Part shown: positions 37,829 through 51,692 of the stretch, piece after piece
How the letters are laid out: every line of letters begins with the position of its first letter
Numbering within the stretch: position 1 is the stretch's first letter
DNA from: Haliotis rufescens
Taxonomy: Eukaryota
DNA: 64,000 bases
Direction: 5' to 3'
Assembly (NCBI RefSeq): GCF_023055435.1
Contig: NW_025964361.1
Location: 25,482,001 to 25,546,000 of the forward strand
Made by a program: the position numbers and the translations under genes
The notes under the pieces: model-generated
Databases searched by the model: none
Told to the model about the DNA's origin: nothing
The model's input: the letters and a program-made list of their open reading frames with translations, nothing else

Positions 37829-39047
37829 TTATGTCTCCTCTCTCTCTCTCTCTCTCTCTCCTCCTCCTCCCCCCCCCCCCCCCCCCCCTTGGAGCAGAGA
37901 CATAGTGTTTGCTGGCTCGGATTGGCGTTCCTATCCTATTCCAATTCTTAACTTGATAACAGTTCGATTTTTTCAACCATATTGCCATATGCATTGCTCT
38001 TCAGCTTAACTGGTGCTTTTTGCTATTTTGAAATTTTTCAATTTTTTTTTATTTTATTTTTTTCATGGAAACAATTTTTAACTAAGTCTCAATAAGTAGT
38101 GTTTGTTTCCCGCCACAACTCTGCAGTTAATGAATAGTTCTGCATGAAACCATTATCTTTCCGGGCTATAATTTGCTAGTATTGTGTTTTGGATTTGCAA
38201 ACACATTTACAGTAACCATGGTAACAAAGTTCTTGAACTAATGTTTACAAAAAAAAGGATGTGGAAGACAGTTTTTTAGTAAAAACACATTATAGTTAAT
38301 GTATAAATACATTGTTCTGATATTCATTTAATTTTGTATGAATCTTTCACTTAAATGATATATTAATTTCTTTGTAGTTTAATATTTTTAAGAAATCATG
38401 AGTTTTTGCTTTTTTTAAGTTTTATTGACAAATTTCATGTACTATATGTTATTGATTATCAAGATTCATATGGCTGGACTATTGCTGAGTGTGGCGTTAG
38501 CAACGAACACACAAGCAAGCACTTGCTCTAGTTTCTTAAGACACCTGGCATTTCAATGTTGAATACATCCCAATAGAATTGTCACTGGGCTTTGAACAAA
38601 CACAATGCCAGAAAACCTGTTTGTTTAGTGTGAAGCTTGAAATGTTCTTATCTTAACATGGTCAAGTTCATGTTTTACAAAGCCTTTTTTAGATGTCTCA
38701 ATTTAGCATTTGGGATATGACACTTCCATCATGGAGATTAGAAGCTTTGTCTGTTCCATGGATAGAGTTATGACGCCAGTATAAATAGTCAAGTCACTTG
38801 GGGAATGTTTCATTTGAAGGATTAAATGTATATATGGAATTCTAGTTTAATAGAATGACACTTGGAGGATAAGGAAATATGACCATGGAGACTATAACTA
38901 AAAAAAATGAAAGGTGTTTTTAACAAAATGTTTATTGCAGTTGTGAAATTATCTTGATGCCAAGGTTGATGGGAAGTTGTGCCCTAGGTGATTGAATTCT
39001 TACATCTAAATCTGCTTGCCTGAACATGTCATTTGGTCATTTTTTTC

Positions 39048-39440
39048 AGAATCAATCAGTTTATTCGGTAATAAGACCTCAGGCCCACGTACAGATATAT
39101 ACAATTTAGTTACACATCAAGTGCTGCATGAAATAATATTTACATGTAAGAAGAACGAAGACAGATAGCATCTTTAACATAATTGGCTAAGTTCTCAAGA
39201 CGGTTTACATCAGAAGAGTTTAACATTCTAACCAGTGTGTCTTTACGATTATTACCAGTAATGAAGTCTAAATATGGGAAATATTTTGAGCGAATTTCTT
39301 CATAAATAGGGCAAACAAGACCGAAATGAATTTCATTTTCAACTGCCCTTAACTTTCACAATGGTCAAAAACAGAGTGTCTTATCGATTGCCATCCCTCC
39401 TTCCTGTGTTATGCATAATTCCCAGTTCTCCAATACATAA
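39048..39440 (-). mobile_element. 5'-truncated CR1/L2-group LINE 3' end
   Basis: VENEIHFGLVCPIYEEIRSKYF...LANYVKDAICLRSSYM* (stop 39140-39142), then a short UTR, aataaa and a (TGAT)n tail. Confidence 0.75.
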
Positions 39441-39870
39441 AAGGGTAAGCATACCCTAGATAAAAACTGTCATTATCTGAGCTCAGTGAACAGAAAGAAG
39501 TTACTAGACCAGATATTTACCTATGTCAGTTTATTTTTTAGTCCAGAGGATTCGCAGTTGAAATATCGGGGCTCTGGAATGAACAAGTGGATGTCAGGCT
39601 GGTGACATGGGGCATGCTTTACTAGATTTCCATCAATGTTACTGATGTGTCAGTTGACATGCTCAAAGCTTTCCAGGGTATTATTGATGGTGATTTCAAT
39701 ATTATACTGGAGAAAGTCAACCACTGACACCCTGACTGTCTGAGTGTGTCTCTTACTAGAACAGACATGTCAGTTATATACAAGCAGCCTGCAGTTTTGA
39801 TTAATTGATGATTGAAACAGCTAAACTATTTTGTAAAGTATTTGTGTCCGTTCACAATAGTGTGTGTATA

Positions 39871-40086
39871 TAGTCAAACACTGTTGTGTCAAACTTTGAT
39901 GGGTCGAACTTACGGGTGTCTTGAAGTAAAAACGCGTTCCATGCGTATTCATTCTTTATTCGTCATTTTTGGTTGTGTCGAACCTTGGATGACTCGAAGT
40001 ATTCATCATTTCTGGTTGTGTCGAACCTCGGATGACTCAATGTATTTAGCAGGTCCCTTCAACTTCGACACAACGCTGTTTGACTG
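39871..40086. mobile_element. Tigger-like TA-flanked MITE
   Basis: Imperfect ~25-bp TIRs: agtcaaacactgttgtgtc / gacacaacgctgtttgactg. Confidence 0.65.
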
Positions 40087-41983
40087 TACCATGCAATAGT
40101 TTGTGTCAGGTAAAAACCTGCTAGACTCTTGCTTCAGACTAGAGGTGTCAGTCACATCTCAGCAATAATGTTGTTTTGATTAACAGAAAGGCATCCAATT
40201 GAGAACAAGAAATATTGTTGCCTTGAAGGATCCATTTTTTTATGCTTGGGTGAGTGTCTTTTCTCTATCTTGAGTTGGCTTCTGTAATGCATTTGAATAG
40301 CAGGAAATATTGCAGGACTATCAGTTGCTTTTTCCTGTTGACAGCTCTTGCCTTAACACTGTTATCTTCCAGTCAGTTTGTCATGTTGTAGTTGATGTAC
40401 AGAAGGCTTGAAGGAGCAGTGTTGAAAGTAGTTGAAGGGTCACTGGTGGAACAGAACAGTAGGCATTCTGGGCTAGAATGGGCCCCAGCAAACCATGCTG
40501 GTCATAAGAAGCGACTTAATGGATGGGGTGGTCAGGCTCTGTAACTTGAATGATTGTGGGTCATCATACCCTGATGGCGTGGAATGTTGCTCACAATATC
40601 AATCACTGGATCATCTGGCCCAGACTAGATTATTTACAGGCCGGCATCAAACAGCTAGAATATACCTGAGTGCAAGTTCTATGACCATGATGACTTAGAC
40701 TTGAGTTAAGGATTTGGGTGAAACAATTGTTTTAACCTTTCAACCTGTGTATAAATATATTTCATTGCCTTTATTGGGGCTTTATAATTTATTTGGAATA
40801 AGTGATGTTTGGAATAGAAACAGGAATTTATTGCAGGGATAGAATTGTTTTTGTTTTGAAGGCCACAGTAGTATCTAGATCTTTATGTGGCTTTTGGAAA
40901 TTTAGTGTGTCAACTAAGATAATAATTTGATCCATCTTCAAACTCAGTGAATATCATTTCATCACGGTTAGATAATACATGTAATAAGCATCTGTAATTA
41001 TGAAAGTTTACCCCCTTTCTTTTTATTGATATTGATGCCCTTTTCAGTACCTGAATCCACTGATACAGGTTGTGAAGTAGACAATGCATTCAGACTCACT
41101 GTGGTCACATGGTCATCATTGTCCTGTGTTCGTGGTGTTTATGTGGGGTTTCCTATAAACATGATAAATAAACAGTGTCCCAGGTTTTGGTATAAGATTT
41201 CTTAGTGTGCCCTTCAGGTACTGGGGACTTGTCTCACCCGTTCCTTTATGATTTTAGCCATACCATTTTCATTAAAATACAAGGAATTTGAACCCTGTAT
41301 TGAAAAACATTTCGAGGATGTGATCACATGGGCCATGTCACTGTGTAACTGGACATTCGATACAAACAATGTACTATGAAGCTGGCCAGTGTCATTTTTT
41401 GTAACAAAGATTAAGTTTTTAGTGTATTATCAGACTAAAATGCATCAAAGTAACAAAAAACTGTGTTATCAGATTTAAAATACAACCTGAAAGCTAAAAT
41501 AAGTAAATTAGTATATAAAATTTAAAAAAATAAATATAACACAAATATGATGCAAGGAAATTTCATGCAGTACATTAGTAATACATGAAAATCTTTTACT
41601 CCATGCTTCGATCTGCGTGCTGCATTTGACCTTGAGTGACGTCATAGCTGTATTTTGAGACCTGCAGAACATCACTGCTTGAAGTGTTTCTTGGAATGAT
41701 GATGTGAAGAGTTACTTCCCTTCCAATGTCATCCACTGTGGAGATTCTAACATTATCAATTGTCAACTCTCATTGCACAGGTATGAAGACAACTATTATT
41801 TTGTTTTCAATTCCACATTTGTGAAAATGTAGGTTGTTGGATCTGTAAACTAAATGATAATCAAGTATAGGCCTAAGTTATTATCAGTGTTCAAATCTTT
41901 ATGACCCAGCCATGTTTAGGAAAAAGGCTAATGGCGACTCTTCTGTCTGTTGACTGTTGATCCAGCTCGGAAGGAAAGTCAAG

Positions 41984-42340
41984 TACCGTATTTGACGTAA
42001 TCATGGTAATAAGCGCCCCGCTCTAATAAGCGCCCAAGGCGATATTTGCTAATATATTGGCTAGTGAACAATCCCAATTAGCACCCCTTCCGATTGATCA
42101 ATGTACACAAGACTTATTTGTTAGCGTATAATACGCACTCGAGTGTTATATGCACCCTTAATTATGGGCAATTAAATTCAGGAAAAATATATCTGTCGTA
42201 TATAAACATTTCAGACTGTCAGCATAAACCATTAAATTTATCTTTCAACTCTGTTTTTCTCACCAAAATAATATTCTAATAAGAGCCCCCTATTTCTAAT
42301 TTTGAGAGCGCCCTGGGCGCTTATTACATAGAATACGGTT
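41984..42340. mobile_element. Same pogo-like MITE, inverted
   Basis: Reverse complement of 6532-6878. Confidence 0.85.
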
Positions 42341-43546
42341 ATATAAATGACTAATCATGGTAATCAATGGCTATCCCGTTACTGATTACTATGCTAATAT
42401 GTTTGTAATACGATATATGATAGCTACGAAAGTCCTTTTGTTTAAGATAGGGCAGTGTATTAATAGTTGGACAGTGCATGAAATCATGATGATGTCCAAA
42501 TAGGCCTTAAGCTGTGTAATGTTGATGGTCTGGTTGCTGAAGAAGTATCTCACATCCAGCAGGAAACTATTGTCATAGTTACTTAGAAAGCGTATTCTGC
42601 CAGTCATGTGATGTAGCATGGTATGTTATATTATCGCGGTAGTTAGTTTATGATGGATCCTAATAGTGTACACAACCTTTTAAATGTCAAACGCAAAATG
42701 TTTCTTGTTCTTTGTTCAACTTTTATGACACATCAATTAGGATTGATTGATGCTGATTTTTTTACTGAGTACGGTAAACAAAGTATGTGTCATTAGCGAT
42801 TCAAGGGCGGGCAACTCTTTATTATCGCAGTATCACTGTTTTACATCACTTCAGGTTTCTAAGTATGCATACGACCTAGGTTTGGTCAAGGGACTTTGTC
42901 GAAACAAATGGGTTCTTTTCTAATCAATTCCGTATGGACGAAGGGAAAATCTGACTTCAAAAATATTCCAGAAACTATCACAAAAATGTTAACGTGTATA
43001 CTTTCGAGTAGCCGTGACATACCACAACAATCCTGTATTCGATCAAGTGATGAAATATCGTGATTAGATTTACATGAGTTAACAGTCAACAGGGGGTGTG
43101 GATTACGAGATTTACCGATACCGAGATAAAATAGCGTCATACTATTATTCTCCCTTGTTGTGTCGCCTGTTTGTGTCCAGCTTACGTAAATGGTTAATCT
43201 TTTGAAGTATACAGTTCCAGTATGTAAAATGTAAGCTTCATCTGCAGCTGTCTTCCTTCATGGCATATTCCTGGAACTCTCACGCCATCTTCATCAGTAG
43301 ACTTCTAATACTACATTAAGTGCAACATAGGAATAATTGTTGAGCCGTGTTCCAATAATATCAGTGGTAATGTTAAAAACAGTATTATCGTTTTTTGTTG
43401 TGATACTGACACATGTATTTTAAGTTTAAATGGCGAACAAAATGTCATTAACACATCCTACTTGTATTATTTATTGACAATTTCAGTTTTACTTTGTTAA
43501 ATAGTATGACATGTTTGGACACCATGTTACTTAGATATGTGTTGAG

Positions 43547-43998
43547 TAGGGTTGCAACAAATACACTATGAGACGAATACGATTCTTATCACGAATATAG
43601 GGTAACGAATACGAATAGCAATTCATGAACACAATGACAAGTCAGCAGTTGATGTATTATTTGTTATATTCAGTGAAACAATAACAACATAAATTAGTTG
43701 ACATGGTTTGTTAATTATTAATATATTATACATTTATATACTGCACTTATCCAGGAACTAGTACCTGCACAAATGCGACAATGACCATTGACCACAATAA
43801 ATATTATGAGAGTGTTGTCTTTTGAAGACATCTATGCATATAATATGTTCTTATGGATATTTTTAGGTACAGGGTATGTAAATGCACATGATTGCATGTT
43901 CATAAATATTTGATTCTAGTGGCCACAAATAATGAATTCAATTCATGAATGGATACGGTTCGATTCACCGAATACGTGAGTGAATTGTAACAGTGCTA
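43547..43998. mobile_element. hAT-like MITE with 8-bp TSD
   Basis: TAG...CTA termini; TSD gtgttgag at 43539-43546 and 43999-44006; acgaat subterminal repeats. Confidence 0.7.
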
Positions 43999-44196
43999 GT
44001 GTTGAGTGATCCAGCAAATGGTTTGGTACATAAAACTCCTGCAGGATACTGTATAAGGTGTATTATATTGTCAATCTGCCGTGGCACGATATATTAACTA
44101 TAGTTTTATTAAAGATTCAGGTGTTCTTTAACTTCTTTTGTATAGTTTTTACACTGTGTATATCTTTAGTCACCAAATAGGATAGTAAGTGAATAC

Positions 44197-44463
44197 GGGA
44201 TGTAAAGATCCGGGGTAGAATAGGTCTTCAGCAACCCATGCTTGCTGTAAATGGCGACTATGTTTGTCGTAAGAGGTGACTAACGGGATCGGGTGGTCAG
44301 GCTCGCTGACTTGGTTGATGGATGTCATCGGTCCCAATTGCGGGGATCAATGCTCATGATGTCAATCACTGGATTGTCTGGTCCAGACTCAATTATTTAC
44401 AGACCGTCATCATATAGCTGGAATATTGTTGAGTGCGGCGTTAAACAACAAACAAACAAACAA
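44197..44463 (+). mobile_element. SINE-like family A
   Basis: TSD agtaagtgaatac. Confidence 0.9.
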
Positions 44464-45090
44464 AGTAAGTGAATACTGTCCCACTACTCAAACATGCACA
44501 CATATGATGTGTATTCGATCCCTGCATTGTGCACTTTCTGAGGATATCATGGCTCCAACCCTTGGCGACTTATGGACATGATCAGGTAGGGTGTATGATG
44601 GTCCCAATAATTCTGTTGTTTTTGTTTCCAAGCTGGTTTCAAAAGCTCAGCTTATGATACAAGGGAAATAACTCTTGTCAGCTTGGAACTTGGTAAATTA
44701 GCTATTTGACATGTAAATTTTGATTTTGATGTTTTAATTTTTTAAATATAATTTGATACTAAATATCCCCATTCAATAGTTTGAAAGAATTCAGTTCCAT
44801 TTCACCTGATTCATCAGTTTGACATCATCTGAAAAATTCTGAGATTTTATGAAACTTCACTTAATAGTCTGAAAGGTATATTTCATATGAAATATTCAGA
44901 AAAAAGTACACACAGTCATCAGTTTCTGCCAGAAAACCAAGCCTTTTTTTGGGGGGAAGATTTTATTATTGCAATATGTTGACTTTTCATATGTCAACCA
45001 ACCACCTCTGTGGTCTAGTGGTAGAGCGTCCACCGGAGAGCGTCATGACAGATTAACTGTAGTGATATGAAAGAATTTGGTATTCCTTAA

Positions 45091-45721
45091 CTCTTTCAAC
45101 ACCAGTCAACCAGAAGCGTTTACTGCTGTGACACCGAGTTCCCAGAGACTCTTGTGTGATAAATGAAGCCAACATTTATCAAAGAAAATATCTGCTTGTA
45201 AAACATCTGGAGCTTCGTGGATGTATAAGGCTAGGTTACGAGCTGTGACAAAGATTTTTCATGCATTTATTTTGGCATTAAACATTGTGTTCGAGCCGAG
45301 AAATCAAGGTGACGAAAGCTGAGATGTCATTTGACTTACATTTCATGCGATCGCACGAAAAGATGGAAATAATAATTAAGATGTAAGTTTGACAACTTTG
45401 AGATATATTTTTGTTGACTTTATTAATTACTATATTTAAAGATTTGCTTGAAACGTCTTTATTTTGCTCTTTCACATGTTTGATGTGGATCCTTTGTCGA
45501 AGTGTGCATCCGAGACTTTTATTTTCAATAACAGTGCGGGAAATAGTGAATCATTTTTTAATCTATCGATAAAAAATTATAAATTGAAATGGAATATGTA
45601 TTTCAGACATTGCGAAATGAGATAGATTTAATAAATGAATGATATGACAGGTAGGTTCATAAAATGATATACTATTTTGACGTGACTACGCTTGGCCGAG
45701 GCTTCTTTCGGGTTGAAAGAG
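45091..45721. mobile_element. piggyBac-like non-autonomous element, TTAA TSD
   Basis: TTAA|ctctttcaac ... gttgaaagag|TTAA. Confidence 0.8.
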
Positions 45722-45805
45722 TTAACTTCTGTTGAGTTAACATGGCATGACTGATCATTATAATCATATTAAAGAATCAGGTTCCTTTAACTTCTGTTGA
45801 GTTAA

Positions 45806-47030
45806 CTCTTTCAACACCTGTCAACCAGAAGCTTTTACTGCTGTGACACTGAGTTCCCAGAAACTCAGGGTGATAGATGAAGCCTATATTTATCAAGGGA
45901 ATTATCTACTTGTAAAACATCTTTGCTACTACATGTTATACACCATTTGAAACATTTAACCCTACTGTTTATAAATATGACAGTTATGTTCATCACATTA
46001 TTTAAATAATGCATTTACAACTTAATTAATTTTGTTGTTAATAAAAAAATTCAGCTGACACATTCTTAGCGTCCAGATTAAGGACCAAGGAATAAAAAAA
46101 TTGACGATTTTCAACAAATATGAGATTTCATTAAATCTACTTACCTATTTCTTTGTTATTTTCATTGTTTATGTAATCAGAAAATTATTTTAAAAAGAAT
46201 TATAAATAATATATGTCATCACCAATTTCACCCAGTAACATGAAGAAATACCTCTGTTTTCAAAGCTACGTATGAATAACACATGCATCGAAGACTGCAA
46301 TCACATACAATTAGAAAGCTGAAATTTCCATCTACACAATAGTAACCTTGCCTGGAGTCTTTTTGTAGCTGTAACAAGCGATTTTATTGGATGGAAATTG
46401 GTTTCTAATGATGCTTTCTTGCCGAAATATGCAACAAGGTTTGTGATTGGTCAAATCTAAGCAAGTGACCTAAAGTAGCCAATCAAATGACAGCAATGGT
46501 ACCTGGTGATCATTTTCCGATTTTGGTGAAAGTTTTGGGGTAAATCATGTTATTCTGCTAGGCTAGAGCTGTGCAAAAAATTTCTCATGGACATATTCTG
46601 GCATTAAACATTGTGTACGAGCCAAGAAATCAAGAAAATGAAAGCCGAGATGTCATTTGACTTACAATACACGCAACCGTATGAAAAGATGGAAATAATA
46701 ACTTTGATATAAGTTTGAGAGCATTTAGATATATTTTTGTTGATTTATTTATTACTTTACATAAAACGTTTAAAGATTTTCTTGAAACGTCTTTGTTTTG
46801 CTCTTTCACATGTGGATCCGTTGTCAAAGTTGTCGAAGTGTGTGTCCAAGAATTTTATTTGCAATAACATTGCGAGAATAAGTAAATAATTTTTTAATCT
46901 ATCCATAAAATATGATAAATTGAAATAAAATATGTATTTCAGACATTGTGAAATCTGATAGATTTAATAAATGCATTATATGACTGGTAGGTTCAGAAAA
47001 TTATAAACTATTTTGAGGTGACTACCGGCC
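45806..47030. mobile_element. Longer copy of the same TTAA element; right TIR lost
   Basis: Same left end after TTAA; ~620 bp of extra internal sequence; homology stops at ~47030. Confidence 0.75.
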
Positions 47031-47192
47031 TAAGTAAAAGAGCACCCGATTCTTTCATATTACTATAGTTAATGTGTCATGGCATAATAATATTTCAACA
47101 CCACAGGCCAATATACCAGTGTCATGGCATAATAATATTTCAACACCACAGGCCAGTATACCAGCCAATAAGCCTTGAGTCCCTAGACACCA

Positions 47193-47222
47193 TTAGGGTT
47201 AGGGTTAGGGTTAGGGTTAGGG
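47193..47222 (+). repeat. Interstitial telomeric repeat (TTAGGG)5
   Basis: Five exact units. Confidence 0.95.
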
Positions 47223-47223
47223 G

Positions 47224-49200
47224 TTGAGTAAACATTGCATGGCTGATTATGATAGTAATATGAAAGGATTGGGTGCTCTTTTACTTCTGTTGAGTAAACA
47301 TTCTATGGCTGATAATTATAGTAATATGAAAGAATCGGGTGCTCTTTTACTTCTGTTGAGTAAACATTGCATGACTGATAATTATAGTAATATGAAAGGA
47401 TTGGGTGCTCTTTTACTTCTGTTGAGTAAACATTGCATGACTGATAATTATAGTAATAAGAAAGAATCGGGTGCTCTTTAACTTCTGTTGAGTAAACATT
47501 GCATGACTGATAATTATAGTAATATGAAAGGATTGGGTGCTCTTTTACTTCTGTTGAGTAAACATTGCATGGCTGATAATTATAGTAATAAGAAAGAATC
47601 GGGTGCTCTTTAACTTCTGTTGAGTAAACATTGCATGACTGATAATTATAGTAATATGAAAGGATTGGGTGCTCTTTTACTTCTGTTGAGTAAACATTGC
47701 ATGGCTGATAATTATAGTAATATGAAAGAATCGGGTGCTCTTTTACTTCTGTTGAGTTAACATTGCATGGCTGATAATTATAGTAATATGAAAGAATCGG
47801 GTGCTCTTTTTCTTCTGTTGAGTAAACATTGCATGACTGATAATTATAGTAATATGAAAGAATCGGGTGCTCTTTTACTTCTGTTGAGTTAACATTGCAT
47901 GGCTGATAATTATAGTAATATGAAAGAATCGGTTGCTCTTTTTCTTCTGTTGAGTAAACATTGCATGACTGATAATTATAGTAATATGAAAGAATCGGGT
48001 GCTCTTTTTCTTCTGTTGAGTAAACATTGCATGACTGATAATTATAGTAATATGAAAGAATCGGGTGCTCTTTAACTTCTGTTGAGTAAACATTGCATGA
48101 CTGATAATTATAGTAATATGAAAGAATCGGGTGCTCTTTAACTCCTGTTGAGTAAACATTGCATAACTGATAATTATAGTAATATGAAAGGATTGGGTGC
48201 TCTTTTACTTCTGTTGAGTAAACATTGCATGGCTGATAATTATAGTAATATGAAAGAATCGGGTGCTCTTTTTCTTCTGTTGAGTAAACATTGCATGACT
48301 GGTAATTATAGTAATATGAAAGAATCGGGTGCTCTTTTTCTTCTGTTGAGTAAACATTGCATGGCTGATAATTATAGTAATATGAAAGAATCGGGTGCTC
48401 TTTTTCTTCTGTTGAGTAAACATTGCATGGCTGATTATTATAGTAATATGAAAGAATCGGGTGCTCTTTTTCTTCTGTTGAGTAAACATTGCATGACTGG
48501 TAATTATAGTAATATGAAAGGATTGGGTGCTCTTTTACTTCTGTTGAGTAAACATTGCATGACTGATAATTATAGTAATATGAAAGAATCGGGTGCTCTT
48601 TTACTTCTGTTGAGTAAACATTGCATGGCTGATTATGATAGTAATATGAAAGAATCGGGTGCTCTTTTACTTCTGTTGAGTAAACATTGCATGGCTGATT
48701 ATGATAGTAATATGAAAGAATCGGGTGCTCTTTAACTTCTGTTGAGTAAACATTGCATGGCTGATTATGATAGTAATATGAAAGAATCGGGTGCTCTTTT
48801 ACTTCTGTTGAGTAAACATTGCATGGCTGATTATGATAGTAATATGAAAGAATCGGGTGCTCTTTAACTTCTGTTGAGTAAACATTGCATGGCTGATTAT
48901 GATAGTAATATGAAAGAATCGGGTGCTCTTTTACTTCTGTTGAGTAAACATTGCATGGCTGATTATGATAGTAATATGAAAGGATTGGGTGCTCTTTTAC
49001 TTCTGTTGAGTAAACATTGCATGGCTGATTATGATAGTAATATGAAAGAATCGGGTGCTCTTTTACTTCTGTTGAGTAAACATTGCATGGCTGATTATGA
49101 TAGTAATATGAAAGAATCGGGTGCTCTTTTACCTCTGTTGAGTAAACATTGCATGGCTGATTATGATAGTAATATGAAAGAATCGGGTGCTCTTTAACTT
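47224..49200. repeat. 66-bp minisatellite, ~30 units
   Basis: Unit ttgagtaaacattgcatggctgataattatagtaatatgaaagaatcgggtgctcttttacttctg. Confidence 0.95.
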
Positions 49201-49635
49201 CTTCTGCGTTAACATGGCATGACAGATTAACTAGAGTATTAGAAAGAACTGTGTGTTCTTTAACTACTTTTGAGTGGTAATGTCATGAAATAAAGATGAT
49301 TCATGTTTCCCAGTTTTCATGAAACCTCATGTTTATTCAATCCATATTTTTAATCTGTCAATACCAAGGCACTATGTCATTTCAGTTCACGATTGCGGAA
49401 ATTCAGCCTCATCGTGTGAAAAAATGAAATGCCCCAAGTGTTAGTTTGGTTGTGAAAATGACTTTCTTTGTCATGAGAAAAAGGAATTAATTATGCAAAT
49501 AATCAAATTCTTTGAGGTTACTATGGAAACAACCCATTTTTAAAGTTGCTGTTTATGAACATAAACATGTTGTTTGACGTTTGAAGGACAAGTTGGACTT
49601 AATTCAAAGAGTATATTATATTACTTGATGAATTC

Positions 49636-50419
49636 ATTGTCCCCCGCCGCGCGAAAGCGCAATAGTATTTTCAAGGTCACAGCAGGCAAATCTGCTTTTG
49701 GAGTTGGAAAACAGTGTTGCCGCGATATCTCAAGAACTAATTGCTGGATTGTCTTCATATTTGGAACTATGGTGTATATACATACTCCGCAGAGACCAGT
49801 CGGTTTTGGTGACCTTGACCCCATTTTCAAGGTCACAGCAGGCAAATCTGCTTTTGGAGTTGGAAAACGGTGTTGCCGCGATATCTCAAGAACTAATTGC
49901 TGGATTGTCTTCATATTTGGAACTATGGTGTATATAAAGTCACCGCAGACACCAGTTGGTTTTGGTGCCCTTGACCCCATTTTCAAGGTCACAGCAGGCA
50001 AATCTGCTTTTGGAGTTGGAAAACGGTGTTGCCGCATAATCTCAAGAACTAATTGCTGGATTGTCTTCATATTTGGTACTATGGTGTATATACAGACTCC
50101 GCAGACACCAGTCGATTTTGGAGACCTTAACTTAATTTTCAAGGTAACAGCAGGGAAATCTGTTATTCGAGATGGAAAACAGTGTTGCTGCGATATCTCA
50201 AGAACTAATTTCTGGATTCCTTCATGTTTGATGATATTGGCTTTTGGAGTTGGAAAACGGGTGTTGCCTCGATATATCCAAAATTTACGACAAATAGTTC
50301 CATGGACGTATCTAACACAGAAAATAATATTATTCAAAAGGAATAAAATATTTGGAAAAAAAACACATATCGCATAAGGCGGCGGGGGACATTTCGTCAC
50401 TTTGTGACAAATACTTGTT
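49636..50419 (+). mobile_element. HINE/pearl-like element with 156-bp internal repeats
   Basis: Subterminal IR tgtcccccgccgc / gcggcgggggaca; 3' hairpin gtcac-ttt-gtgac; ends cttgtt; units carry caaggtca/tgaccttg motifs. Confidence 0.8.
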
Positions 50420-50616
50420 CACAACAAAATTTCACAAAAATTCAATAAAAATTAATTCTGAAGGTCAGTTAAATTTTCTGTATGTCTATTTTAATATTTA
50501 TACTATTTGTCGGGTTATCGGAAGATAAAACCTTTTACCAAAACAACAAGCGATTATGTTGGGATGAGAAAATAAACGGCTGTCATGAAATTGAGGCCTG
50601 GGTTTGTCTTTCTGAA

Positions 50617-50838
50617 TACCGTTTTTCCTCTATTAGACGCCCGGGCTTCTATTTATTTCGGACAAGCCTTTGACCCGACGTCAATTAGAGACCCGGCGTC
50701 TATTGGAGGCCCGGCTTCTATTAAACCCCCATTTCACTATGACCACGAATTTAGGTCCCAAAAAGGGATCATTAATTGTATCAATTGATCGACCCGGCGT
50801 CTATTAGAGGCCCGGCATCTAATAGAGGAAATACAGTA
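50617..50838. mobile_element. Related TA-flanked MITE with subterminal repeats
   Basis: taccgtttttcctctattagacgcc / ggcatctaatagaggaaatacagta; repeated cccggcgtctattagagg motifs. Confidence 0.75.
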
Positions 50839-51692
50839 TTCAAGGTATTCCCCTCACTCCAACATGCAGGCCCGAATCTGGAACACAGGGGGCTGTGATG
50901 TTTAGACCAGACAAACTAGTGATTGATATTATGAGCAACCTCCCACGCCATGGGGGGATGATGACGCATGATCAACCAAGTCAGAGAGTCTGATCCATTA
51001 AGTCCCCTTGCGACAGTCATAGGCCGGTGGGTGCCAGTTCTAACCCGGATTTCCCATGGGATTCTGAAACGAAGAATTACTTGGCAGAGTTCAAAAATCC
51101 TTGTATGACAGTGCCATAGCACAGCTACAATCTTAATGGCACAGTTAAAATAAGTTCTTTGTGCTTGAACCACACACGTAGAAATCCTATTGCTTTAGGA
51201 GATAGATTTATCATTTTATGAGGGCAGTGGCAAAGCTACTTTCACAAAAGTGAACTTGATACACATGAACGAGGAAAATATAAGTATGATTAATGGACAT
51301 TATGATTCAGAAGGTAATCCAGGGATTCACAAAGTGAAAAAGGGTATTATCTTTTTCAAAGAAAGGAAGGTGGGAAACTAGCTCATGGTGAAATGATAGT
51401 CACCGAGGTCACATAAAATGTATTGTTCTTGTTGACACACTTCAATTTGAAACGGCACATCTAGGTATCTTTACGAGTGCCCTGTGGCATGGAGATGCAT
51501 TTCTATCTGTTTGGTTTACACTTCCCTATGGCTCGCACGGTCATCAGTTAAGACAGATTGGTTTAGCAGAGTGTAATATTCTCCTTGCCTAAATGTGATG
51601 CCTTCTGAATTGATGAAGAACCAAGAAATTTCCATTGCAAAGACTTTCGTGTCTTGATTATTATTGTTTTTAACACCAAGATTGCTCCTCGG

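Noticed and set aside
47224-49197. 22-aa repeat ORFs on both strands
   Set aside because: 66-bp satellite; stop codons appear as ordinary unit variants.
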